DNA of 64,000 bases, taken from Verrucomicrobiota bacterium (GTDB taxonomy: Bacteria > Verrucomicrobiota > Verrucomicrobiia > Limisphaerales > CAIMTB01). Positions within the stretch are counted from its first letter, which is position 1. Each line of letters opens with the position of its first letter. Of the stretch, positions 8,618-16,888 are shown piece by piece. Position numbers and translations under genes: made by a program. Below the pieces are notes generated by a model. It was not told the origin of the DNA, did no database searches, and saw nothing but the letters and a program-made list of their open reading frames with translations. The stretch is from NCBI GenBank assembly GCA_963205105.1, contig CAUJJW010000111.1, positions 6,465 through 70,464 on the forward strand, given 5' to 3'.

Positions 8618-10213
8618 ATGGACCCGCTTTCCTCCCTCTCGAACCTGCCCCGGCTCGCCGCGGGCGTCGTTCTGGAGTGCGACGTCGCCCGACGCGAGCT
8701 CATCCGCGCCGGCATCCAAGCCTGGCAGGATTCAGACACCAGCCTTCCCACGATCCCCTGGCTCGGTCCGGTCCAACTCAGCTGGCGCTACTATCTCGCC
8801 TCCAAGAAACAACAGCTTCTGCTGTCGTTCCGGCGACGGCCCGAGCAAATCGACATCGCCCTCGACTCCAGCCTCCGGTTCCGGGTGGAACCCAGCCCTC
8901 TCCCCGTCCCGTCCCTGTCCGGTTCTTCGACGACGCCACCCGCCCCTGCTGAATCCGTGCCGCCCCTACCCGCGAACGGCGGTTCCGTAGCGGCGGGCGT
9001 CTCGCCTGCCGTAGAGGGGGGCGTCCCCCCCCCCGGAATCCCCTCCAGTTCAACACCTCCCAGTAAGACGTCGCCATCGTCCGCTCCTCCCATCAGCAGG
9101 CTCTCCTGGCCACAGTTCCTCGGGCCGTCCTCCCCGAACCTCGCCGTCTTCCATCTCCGACATCGATCCGACCGCCGACGACTCGAGCTCCCGATCCTCA
9201 AGGATGCCATTCACTTCCCGGCCGCACGTTTGTTCCAGGGCGACGACTCCATCCCGTTGCAGCAGGGCAACGCGTTGCTGCTGGAACCCTTGGTCGACTG
9301 GATTCAGACCATCGGTGCCTGGAAACGCGACCCCGACGCAAACTCCTCATGGCGGCCCCTAACTCCTCCGGCCGACCAGGAATCGCTGCCTGCCCGCCGC
9401 ATCCTGGCGTCGATCGTGGGGACGTATCAGGAAGCCTGCCAGGCCGCGGCCAACCGTTCCCCGGGCCCGCTCCCACCCCCGCCGGACGCCGTCGATCCGT
9501 TGCCTCACGGCCAAACCATCGCCGAGTTTACCGGCATGACCTGGCTTCGACTGCAAGCGGATGGCACCGCCATTGCGGAGAAAGGCTCCGACGACACCAC
9601 CACGCTGGAAATGCGCTACAACCTCGAACACGAAGACGGCCGTGACCGCCTCGACGTTCGACTGCAACCGCCCGACTTCCTGATCTCTGGCGACCTCCAC
9701 CGCCAGATCCTCAGCACCGTCGGCCAGGCCGCCCTGGATGCGAACTGGCACCGACCCAACGGACCCCTGGGCCGGGGCACCGGGGTCTCGGAGCAGGAAG
9801 TGCAAGACCTGTTCGCCCATGCCGACGCCACGGTCCTCCGCATTGAACGAAGGCGCGATCGCGACCGGGACCTGATCCTTCTCCGCGGCTCGCTCCAGGG
9901 CGTTCAGGTCTGGGTGGTCCTCACCGCTTGGCTGGCCGTTGGAAAACCGACCGACCGACAGCAGCCCAAGACCCGAACCCTGTTCGTCTCACCACCCCCC
10001 CCACCCGCTGGCCACCAAGGCCACGGCGGTCCCGATCTCGTCAACACGTTCGACAAGAACAACGACGCGATGACCTGCCTCTTCGTGGGTGAACGATTCA
10101 CCGACGACACCGTGGTTCCCGCCAGCGTCGCGAAGTCCTTCGGTCGGATCATGCTCGCCATGCATCGCTGGGGCGGGATCTGGCCGCCCACCGAAACCAT
10201 GTCCTCCCCATGA
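8618..10213 (+). CDS. Hypothetical protein, orphan operon gene 4 (531 aa), carrying an in-frame RepA insertion
   Basis: The N-terminus LAAGVVLECDVARRELIRAGIQAW followed by VQLSWRYYLASKK echoes genes 1-3. A Pro/Ser-rich linker includes repeat-encoded SVAAGVSPAVEGGVPPPGIP. The TGA stop lies inside the CATGAACC terminus of RepA copy 10209-10290. No catalytic or NTP-binding motifs seen. Confidence 0.7.
   Translation: MDPLSSLSNLPRLAAGVVLECDVARRELIRAGIQAWQDSDTSLPTIPWLGPVQLSWRYYLASKKQQLLLSFRRRPEQIDIALDSSLRFRVEPSPLPVPSLSGSSTTPPAPAESVPPLPANGGSVAAGVSPAVEGGVPPPGIPSSSTPPSKTSPSSAPPISRLSWPQFLGPSSPNLAVFHLRHRSDRRRLELPILKDAIHFPAARLFQGDDSIPLQQGNALLLEPLVDWIQTIGAWKRDPDANSSWRPLTPPADQESLPARRILASIVGTYQEACQAAANRSPGPLPPPPDAVDPLPHGQTIAEFTGMTWLRLQADGTAIAEKGSDDTTTLEMRYNLEHEDGRDRLDVRLQPPDFLISGDLHRQILSTVGQAALDANWHRPNGPLGRGTGVSEQEVQDLFAHADATVLRIERRRDRDRDLILLRGSLQGVQVWVVLTAWLAVGKPTDRQQPKTRTLFVSPPPPPAGHQGHGGPDLVNTFDKNNDAMTCLFVGERFTDDTVVPASVAKSFGRIMLAMHRWGGIWPPTETMSSP
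8981..9053 (+). repeat. RepA copy inside the CDS of orphan-operon gene 4 (in-frame)
   Basis: GGTTCCGTAGCGGCGGGCGTCTCGCCTGCCGTAGAGGGGGGCGTCCCCCCCCCCGGAATCCCC. It is translated as SVAAGVSPAVEGGVPPPGIP. Confidence 0.85.
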
Positions 10214-10334
10214 ACCGCGCCTCCGTAGCGGCGGGCGTCCCGCCTGCCGTAGAGGGGGGCGTCTCGCCCCCCGGAGTCCTCGGTTCACGGTCCCATTCTG
10301 TGTCCAAGATTTTGGAAACCTTGTCCTCCCCATG
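10209..10334 (+). repeat. RepA(+) 10209-10290 followed by RepJ 10282-10334
   Basis: CATGAACCGCGCCTCCGTAGCGGCGGGCGTCCCGCCTGCCGTAGAGGGGGGCGTCTCGCCCCCCGGAGTCCTCGGTTCACGG, then tcccattctGTGTCCAAgatTTTGGAAACcttgtcctcCCCATGA. Confidence 0.9.
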
Positions 10335-10790
10335 ATCTCCGCTCGACCCACCCTCCGCTGGATAGCCCGTGCCCTTTTTGAAGGCTGGTGCCTCCTCGGC
10401 AAGTTGCTGCGGCCCGCACGTCACGGTCGGGACCACGCCCGAGCTCCCCGCCCCGTGGTCACCCGGCCGGTGCCCGGCGTCGAGGTGCGGGTACGCCTCG
10501 ACCGGCGCGAAGCCACGACAGGAACTGAGGCTCGCTCCCCAATTGTCCCGCAAGCGTCCGCTTCGTCGAACGCGCTCATCGAAGGGAAGATGGAGGAAGC
10601 CTGGAAGAACGAGATGGCCAGAGCGGAAGAGCTCTTGCTGAACGGCGTTAGGATCCCGGACCCGAGCCTCATCCAGTCCACCGGGGCGGTGTTCCAGGGA
10701 GCCGTCACAGGCTCGACGGATGCCAGGCGGATCGCCTGGGTTTCGGTCAGGCCCGTCCAGGAACAGTCAGGAGGAGAGTCCGCTTCTTGA
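10332..10790 (+). CDS. Hypothetical protein (tentative fifth gene of the orphan operon)
   Basis: Internal ATG of ORF 10089..10790, placed exactly at the CCCCATGA end of a RepJ module. The C-terminal half (MEEAWKNEMARAEELLLNGVRIPDPSLIQSTGAVFQGAVTG) looks protein-like. It overlaps the convergent methyltransferase gene by 44 nt. Weak call. Confidence 0.3.
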   Translation: MISARPTLRWIARALFEGWCLLGKLLRPARHGRDHARAPRPVVTRPVPGVEVRVRLDRREATTGTEARSPIVPQASASSNALIEGKMEEAWKNEMARAEELLLNGVRIPDPSLIQSTGAVFQGAVTGSTDARRIAWVSVRPVQEQSGGESAS

Positions 10791-11490
10791 GGAACCGGAC
10801 ACCGGCGAAGAAGGCGACGGCAACACCCCAGGCGATGGCCCAAGGCACGTCCATGTGCAGGTAACGCTCGGCGGCAGAATCCGCGAGTGCCTCGAAAGCC
10901 ACGAACCCCGAGAAAATGGCGAACCAGTTGACGTACTCGCGGCTGAGGGCAAACCGGAATGAAAACGGGAGCTCAGGCCGCTTCCATCCTCGGAAGGAGG
11001 GCAGAAAGGCCGGCGTCTTGGCCGCCCACTCGCGGAAGGTGTCCCCAAATTTTCCCTCCAGGAAGGCTTCCTCCGCCAGGATCACTCGCTCGTGGTAGAT
11101 GCAAAAAATCAGCGCCACCGAGATCCAGAGCCACGGGGAAAGCGGCACGGCGGCCAAGCCCAGCCAACTGAGACAATTCCCCAGATAGAGCGGATTGCGC
11201 ACCAGCGAGTACATGCCATCGGTGTTGAGGCTGTCCGCCACCTGGTTTCTGCGGTTTCGCCCCGAGGTGCGGGGCGGCACATGCCCCACCGTCACAAAGC
11301 GGATCAACTGCCCGAGGAACGCCACGCCCATGCACGCCAACACCCACAATTCCTGCACATCGTGCCGGTGCATCGGGTAGCGATGGTTGAGAAACGCCAG
11401 AGGAACCACACCGAGGAGGATTGCCGGCAACCAGCTCCGGCGACGAAACAACACACGCCCACTGGCCTCCAGATGTTCTCTTAGCGTCAT
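10747..11490 (-). CDS. Isoprenylcysteine carboxyl methyltransferase (ICMT/PEMT)-family membrane methyltransferase
   Basis: Multi-TM protein with SLNTDGMYSLVRNPLYLGNCLSWLG and YHERVILAEEAFLEGKFGDTFREW, the C-terminal signature region of the ICMT/phospholipid methyltransferase family. The start is taken at MTLREH; the alternative is 11532. Confidence 0.8.
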   Translation of the reverse strand: MTLREHLEASGRVLFRRRSWLPAILLGVVPLAFLNHRYPMHRHDVQELWVLACMGVAFLGQLIRFVTVGHVPPRTSGRNRRNQVADSLNTDGMYSLVRNPLYLGNCLSWLGLAAVPLSPWLWISVALIFCIYHERVILAEEAFLEGKFGDTFREWAAKTPAFLPSFRGWKRPELPFSFRFALSREYVNWFAIFSGFVAFEALADSAAERYLHMDVPWAIAWGVAVAFFAGVRFLKKRTLLLTVPGRA

Positions 11491-11682
11491 AAGCTCTTCG
11501 TTTGAATTGGGGATTTTGCCCGGAATAAACAACTTCTGACAAGGTTCCGTTCGGTTCGTTCAAGATGCCCCACGCTTGCCGCATTCCTCCACTCTGGTAT
11601 CCACGCCAACATCATCACGCGATCCATCCCCTTTCTGATCGGCCTGTTCGCCTCGGCGACCGCCCTCCAGGCGGCATCCACG

Positions 11683-13131
11683 GTGGCGTGGCCGCAGTTC
11701 CGAGGCCCCAATGGCCAGGGTTTCGCACCCCACGCCCAACCTCCCCTCCAGTTCGGGCCCCACACGAATCTTGCCTGGCAGGTGCCCATCGACCCCGGCC
11801 ATTCGTCACCCGTCGTCTGGGAGTCCTCCATTTTCCTGACCACCTACCAGACCGGCCAACTCGCCGTCGTCGCCATCGAACGGGCCACCGGCGCGTCCCG
11901 CTGGCAGTGGTCCGTCCCCGCCGGCCCAATCGGCGATGTTCATTCGATCAGCAGTCCTGCCGCCCCTACTCCCGCGGCGGATGACTCCCAGGTGTTCGCC
12001 TACTTCGGCTCGTGGGGCCTCGTCGCCCTCACCCACGCCGGCAAGGAATCGTGGCGCCATCCCATGCCGCCGCCTCGGAACCGATACGGCATGGCCACTT
12101 CTCCCGTGCTCCACGGCACCAACGTCATCCTGGTCCTGGACGCCGATGACCTTCAGTCCCGCGTGGTCGCCTTCTCCAAGACCACGGGAACCATCGCCTG
12201 GCAGACCGAGCGCCCCGGCCAGCGCGCCAACTGGTCCACACCCGCCATCTGGTCCCCGGAAATCCCCAACGACCCGCAGCATCCCGAGCAACTGATCGTG
12301 CTCAGCGCCCTCCGTCTGGCGGCCTACGACGTCCGCACCGGCGGCGAACTGTGGTCCGTCGATGGTTTCCCTCAGGAGACCGTCTCGGTTCCCGCGGTGG
12401 GCCGGACGCTGGTGTTCGCCGGGGCGGCGGCCCTGGGCGGACGAGGCAACGAGACCTACGACGCGATGGGCTGGCAGCAGTTGAAGGCGTTCGATCGGAA
12501 TGGCGACGAACGCGTGCAGGCCGACGAAATTCCCGACGATTTCCGCATGGTGCTTCGACCCGACCTGCCCAAGGAACACCCGGGCTACGCCGTGCCCTTC
12601 GCCTTCAAACGGGGATTCAAGGGCAACGACCTCGATGCGGACGGCGCGCTGAGCGAGTCGGAATGGAACCAGAACGTGATCCGCTGGGAGGCGTCCAGCC
12701 GGCCGGTGCTCATGGCGATCGACCCGGGCACAGGTGCTTCCGCCCCGACCGAGCGGGTGGCGTGGAAAACCAACCGCGGGCTTCCCGAGATGCCTTCCAT
12801 CCTGCTGGAGCGGGAGCGCAATCGGCTGTACTTCGTGCGCGATGGCGGGCTGCTCACCTGCCTGGACGCCTCCACCGGACGGTCCATTTTCCAGGAGCGC
12901 ATCGGCGCGGCCGGCGGGTACGCCGCCTCACCCGTCGCCACCCCGGGCCACCTCTTCCTCACCTCCGCCGCCGGCGTCGTCACCGTGGTCGACACGCGCT
13001 CGGACGACTTTCGCGTCATTGCCCGAAATGATCTGCAGCAGTCCATCCACGCCACACCTGCGCTGGCAGGAAACGGGATCTATATCCGCACCGCCGGACG
13101 GCTGATGGCCTTCACCCAGCCGCGGTCCTAG
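11683..13131 (+). CDS. PQQ-like (BamB-like) beta-propeller repeat protein; true start probably upstream
   Basis: WPQFRGPNGQG...SSPVVWESSIFLTT, plus repeated propeller blades (AYDVRTGGELWS, LTCLDASTGRSIFQ, GIYIRTAGRLMAF). The track start is a GTG, but a signal-peptide-like sequence is encoded in-frame upstream. Confidence 0.75.
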   Translation: MAWPQFRGPNGQGFAPHAQPPLQFGPHTNLAWQVPIDPGHSSPVVWESSIFLTTYQTGQLAVVAIERATGASRWQWSVPAGPIGDVHSISSPAAPTPAADDSQVFAYFGSWGLVALTHAGKESWRHPMPPPRNRYGMATSPVLHGTNVILVLDADDLQSRVVAFSKTTGTIAWQTERPGQRANWSTPAIWSPEIPNDPQHPEQLIVLSALRLAAYDVRTGGELWSVDGFPQETVSVPAVGRTLVFAGAAALGGRGNETYDAMGWQQLKAFDRNGDERVQADEIPDDFRMVLRPDLPKEHPGYAVPFAFKRGFKGNDLDADGALSESEWNQNVIRWEASSRPVLMAIDPGTGASAPTERVAWKTNRGLPEMPSILLERERNRLYFVRDGGLLTCLDASTGRSIFQERIGAAGGYAASPVATPGHLFLTSAAGVVTVVDTRSDDFRVIARNDLQQSIHATPALAGNGIYIRTAGRLMAFTQPRS

Positions 13132-13165
13132 CTTTCCCACCCCGGGAGAACCAACCTTCGACGGC

Positions 13166-14905
13166 ATGCTGCTCCCGCCAGTCATCGAACGTGAACTGCG
13201 CGACGCCTCGCGGCGGCCTCTGACCTACTGGTCACGCCTCTTCGCGGGCACCCTCTGTTTGCTGGTGCTGACTCCGATCCTGTTGATGTTCGAAATCAGC
13301 GCCCGATTTGGCGGCCCGGGGATCCCTGTTACCCTACTCGGGCCGATCTTGTTCAACATGTTCGCTGCGTTGGCCTGCTTCACCGCGCTGGCGGCGGGCT
13401 GGTTTTTCGCCACCGATGCCCTTTCCCAGGAGCGTCGGGAAGGCACCCTTGAATTGCTCTTCCTGGCGCCGCTACGTCCGCGGGACGTTGTGCTCGGCAA
13501 ACTGGTCACGGTCACCTGGCGCGGCGCTCAATGGCTGCTCGCCGTCATTCCCCTGTTTGCTCTGCCCCTGCTGTTGGGAGGCGTCGGCGTCGACAACTTC
13601 CTTCACCTCAGTCTGCTGACGGCCAACACCCTGTTCTGGTCCGTTGCCTGCGGTCTTTGGGCCTCGGCGCGAAGCCGCGAAATCTTCGGTGCCCTGGTCA
13701 CCACCGCTCTCCTGCAATTGGCCCTGGTCTCCGTTCCTTTCCTCGTGGATCTGGGCCTCGCCGGCTTGGATCCGTCGAAGTTCACGGCGCAGGTGAGCCA
13801 CCTCAGCCCCGCCTTCACCTGGAGCAAGGGCTTCTCCCGCTCTTCCGCCGATTTCTGGCAAAGCCTGCTCCTCACCCATGCCGAGGGCTGGATTCTGCTC
13901 GCCCTCACCGTCCGCACCACGGCTCGACAGATTCGGGAAAACCCAACCGGCGCGGAACCCGGGTTCTTCTCGCGGCTCAATGGGTTCTGGAAATATGGCC
14001 GACCCAAGGCGCGAGCCGCGTTCCGCAAGCGCTTGATCGAATGTCATCCCGTCCGCTGGCTGGTGGAGCGTGAGCGTGGTCCCCTGCGATTTCTGGTGGC
14101 TCTGCCGCTGGTGATCACCGTCTCCGGTGTGGGGATGGGGTACGTCTTCGACCACGGCGCGTCGTACCTTCTCATCGGGAGCATCGCCGGGTTTTTGTTG
14201 TCGGTGAGCACCAACATCCTCCTGGCGCTGCAGGCCAGTCGCTTTCTGGTGGAGGCCCGCCGAACCGGCGCACTCGAACTGCTCCTGGTCAGTCCCCTGT
14301 CGACCCGTTCCATTCTCTCCGAACAGAGCCGCAGTCTGATGCGGACGTTCGCCGTTCCCGTGATCATCCTCCTGGCCATCCAGATCGCTCTCGTGGCCTA
14401 CCAGATATCGATGACCAGCACCCTGCCCGTCATGCCGGTCGTCGGACCCAATCAGCCCGGAGCCACTGCCGCGGCGGCCATGGCCGACATGGCCCGCTAC
14501 CAATGGCTGGGACTCATCGCCAACATGCTCGTCCAACTCACCGGGTTGGCCTCCGTCGCCTGGGTCGGCTTTTGGATGGGCATGACCTGCCGCCAAGCCT
14601 CCCTCGCCTTGTTCGCCACCCTGGCGTTGTCCAAGTTGCTACCCATGCTCTCCGCCAGTTTTCTACAGGCCACATTTCTCCCATATGTCCTGTCCCAGCG
14701 CCTGCCCGCCTGGTTCCCCTCGGTGGCTTCCGCCGCGGCGGGCATCGCGGTCAACCTCGGACTCGTCTTCTTCGCGCGCCATCAGTTGCTTCCGGACCTG
14801 CGCCGCATCGCCCTGGCCCCTTTCTCGATGGTCTGGCCCAACCTTCGCCGACCGAACGCCCGCCCCACATCCCTGCCACCATCTCCTCCCGTCTTGCAGC
14901 CCTGA
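13166..14905 (+). CDS. Polytopic membrane protein with duplicated ABC-2-type permease-like module
   Basis: About 12 hydrophobic spans. Two copies of the ABC-2 permease hallmark are present: SQERREGTLELLFLAPLRPRDVVLGK and EARRTGALELLLVSPLSTRSIL. No ATPase gene is adjacent. Confidence 0.65.
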   Translation: MLLPPVIERELRDASRRPLTYWSRLFAGTLCLLVLTPILLMFEISARFGGPGIPVTLLGPILFNMFAALACFTALAAGWFFATDALSQERREGTLELLFLAPLRPRDVVLGKLVTVTWRGAQWLLAVIPLFALPLLLGGVGVDNFLHLSLLTANTLFWSVACGLWASARSREIFGALVTTALLQLALVSVPFLVDLGLAGLDPSKFTAQVSHLSPAFTWSKGFSRSSADFWQSLLLTHAEGWILLALTVRTTARQIRENPTGAEPGFFSRLNGFWKYGRPKARAAFRKRLIECHPVRWLVERERGPLRFLVALPLVITVSGVGMGYVFDHGASYLLIGSIAGFLLSVSTNILLALQASRFLVEARRTGALELLLVSPLSTRSILSEQSRSLMRTFAVPVIILLAIQIALVAYQISMTSTLPVMPVVGPNQPGATAAAAMADMARYQWLGLIANMLVQLTGLASVAWVGFWMGMTCRQASLALFATLALSKLLPMLSASFLQATFLPYVLSQRLPAWFPSVASAAAGIAVNLGLVFFARHQLLPDLRRIALAPFSMVWPNLRRPNARPTSLPPSPPVLQP

Positions 14906-14976
14906 AACAGGGATCCCCGGGGGCGAGACGCCCCCCTCTACGGCAGGCGGGACGCCCGCCGCTACTGGCCGTCACT
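14901..14976 (-). repeat. RepA(-) wedged exactly between two convergent stop codons
   Basis: ccTGAaacagggatccccgggggcgagacgcccccctctacggcaggcgggacgcccgccgctactggccgTCA. The TGA at 14903-14905 (plus-strand gene) and the TCA at 14972-14974 (minus-strand gene stop) sit in the degenerate terminal motifs. Confidence 0.85.
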
Positions 14977-16888
14977 CGCGCAGATGCACGGGCCGATCGT
15001 CGCGGCGCTGCATCCAACGTTCCACAGCCTCGGTTGCCTGCTGCCCGTCCGGTTTCAACAACAGCGCCGACAAGGTTTCCGGAGGTCGAGGACGCGTCGC
15101 CCCCGTCCAGCGTCGTAGCGATGCTCCAACGGCAGACTCCCTCGCCGCCGCCCGCCCGGCGAAGTCGTAGGCAAGGTCGGAATACCCCGGGGACAGCCCG
15201 AGACTGCGGTGGGCAATGGCACGAACCGCGGCGTAAGGGTCGTTCAGCAATCGCGACAACAAGGGCGCCTGCCAGTCGTCACCGGTCAGGGACCGCGCTG
15301 GTTCCCACCCCAGATGCCACGCGGCGAGCGCCCGTTGCCCCGCATCGCCTGACAATAGATGACGCACGATCTCCGACGTTTCGCGCCTTTCCTCCGGAAG
15401 CGACGCCGCGGGATGGCCGTACCAGTCGGTGAGGCGTTCCGCCGTCCAGGCCAGCGAACGATCCTGGTGGCAGAGGTTGCAGGCATTGGGCCGCCCGGTG
15501 GCGAGGGTCGTTGCCACCCGGGGACTGTCGATCTGGTGTTGTCGCACGCCTTTCAACAGCGCGTAGGTGGTGTGCGGCATGTGGCAGTTGTAGCAGACGT
15601 CGCCCGATGATCCCGCAGCATGGTGGGAATGTGAGGGACCAAAACGCACCGCGTCATGGCAGCCGATGCAGGCCCGATTCCCGTCCATGCCGGTCTTCAG
15701 CTGATCATCGCGCTCCGCGTAGTCGTGGAGCGAATGACAGGTGAGGCAGGTCATTTCGCCCTTTTGGTAACAGGCGGTCTCCAGCAACCCGTTGAACTCG
15801 CGCCCGGCCACCCGGATCATGCCGTCGCTCCAGAAAAACTGTTCCAAAAGTTGAGGCGCCCGCTGCAGCACCCCGCGAAGCCAGGGTTGTTCCTGCAACC
15901 GCGACGGACGAAGGATGGGGGTGGTGCTCTCCAGATCGTCGCCGGGCCGGTAACGGAACCCGTTCTCAACCCAATCTTCCTTCGCATCGAACCACTTCAT
16001 CGCGTGACACTGCGCGCAGACGTGGGATTGGCGGGCCTTGTCCAGTTTCGCGGGCTGTACCACCGCCCAGTTGGTGGGCTTGGGAACCGTTGCATCGGCA
16101 GCGCGTGCGATCTGGAAAACCAGGGCCCGCGCCACATGCACTTCGCCCGGGCCATGGCACGCTTCACAGGCAATGCCCAACTCGCCCACCCGGGTATCGA
16201 AGGTCTCCTGTTCCTTGCGCGGTCGCGGCTGCCCGGCCGTCGAGTGACACCGGATGCAGGACATGTTCCAGGTCTCGACCGACGGTGGCGCGTGAGGGTC
16301 CCGAATGAAGACGTCGTGCCGCGGCGCCCAACGACGTTCCTGGATCAGCCAGGTGAACGGGAAACCGAGCTGAGCGTTGCCAAACCCGCCAGGCAGCCAG
16401 AAGACCTGCATGTGATGCGAACCCGTCACCAGCCCGATCCGGACATGCACCGGCCCCGGTTTGGCTCCCTCCGGCGCCGCCCGCCATTCCTCCAGGTCAT
16501 CGATCGCAACCCAGAACTCATTCCCCTCGCGACTGAGGGTGAAACGCTCCGCATCCGTCTCCAACACCACACCGTCGAAGTCCGCGACGATCGAGTTCGT
16601 GCCCGGCAACTGGGTCATCGACCGATGATACGACGCATGCCAGGAGGCGTGGGCGTCGGCGTGACACTTTCGACACGACTCCGAAGCCATGTAGCCCTCC
16701 GGACCTCCTTGTTGGGGCGGTTCACCCACCACCCGAAGGACTGTCGGAACCTGCTGCGGGGCCACGGCCGTCACCGATGGCCCAGGCGACGGGGATCGCG
16801 ACCCAGGTCCGTTGTCTCCGCAACCCACCAGAAACAAGGAGGCAACGATCGCAGCGTGCGCACGGATCGTTCGCAGAACTGGCATCAT
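14972..16888 (-). CDS. Octaheme c-type cytochrome lipoprotein with C-terminal HEAT-like repeats
   Basis: Start at internal MMPVLRTIRAHAAIVASLFLVGC (lipobox); upstream codons of ORF 14972..17278 are repeats. Eight CxxCH motifs: CRKCH, CIRCH, CEACH, CAQCH, CLTCH, CIGCH, CYNCH, CNLCH. The C-terminus (LLSGDAGQRALAAWHLG, LLNDPYAAVRAIAHRSLG) is HEAT-like. Confidence 0.8.
   Translation of the reverse strand: MMPVLRTIRAHAAIVASLFLVGCGDNGPGSRSPSPGPSVTAVAPQQVPTVLRVVGEPPQQGGPEGYMASESCRKCHADAHASWHASYHRSMTQLPGTNSIVADFDGVVLETDAERFTLSREGNEFWVAIDDLEEWRAAPEGAKPGPVHVRIGLVTGSHHMQVFWLPGGFGNAQLGFPFTWLIQERRWAPRHDVFIRDPHAPPSVETWNMSCIRCHSTAGQPRPRKEQETFDTRVGELGIACEACHGPGEVHVARALVFQIARAADATVPKPTNWAVVQPAKLDKARQSHVCAQCHAMKWFDAKEDWVENGFRYRPGDDLESTTPILRPSRLQEQPWLRGVLQRAPQLLEQFFWSDGMIRVAGREFNGLLETACYQKGEMTCLTCHSLHDYAERDDQLKTGMDGNRACIGCHDAVRFGPSHSHHAAGSSGDVCYNCHMPHTTYALLKGVRQHQIDSPRVATTLATGRPNACNLCHQDRSLAWTAERLTDWYGHPAASLPEERRETSEIVRHLLSGDAGQRALAAWHLGWEPARSLTGDDWQAPLLSRLLNDPYAAVRAIAHRSLGLSPGYSDLAYDFAGRAAARESAVGASLRRWTGATRPRPPETLSALLLKPDGQQATEAVERWMQRRDDRPVHLRE

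Noticed and set aside
10421-10843. Minus-strand ORF of 140 aa in the gap after the orphan operon, and the plus-strand ORF 6396..6944 overlapping orphan gene 1.
   Set aside because: Both give Arg/Pro/Ser/Cys-rich low-complexity products and overlap better-looking frames.
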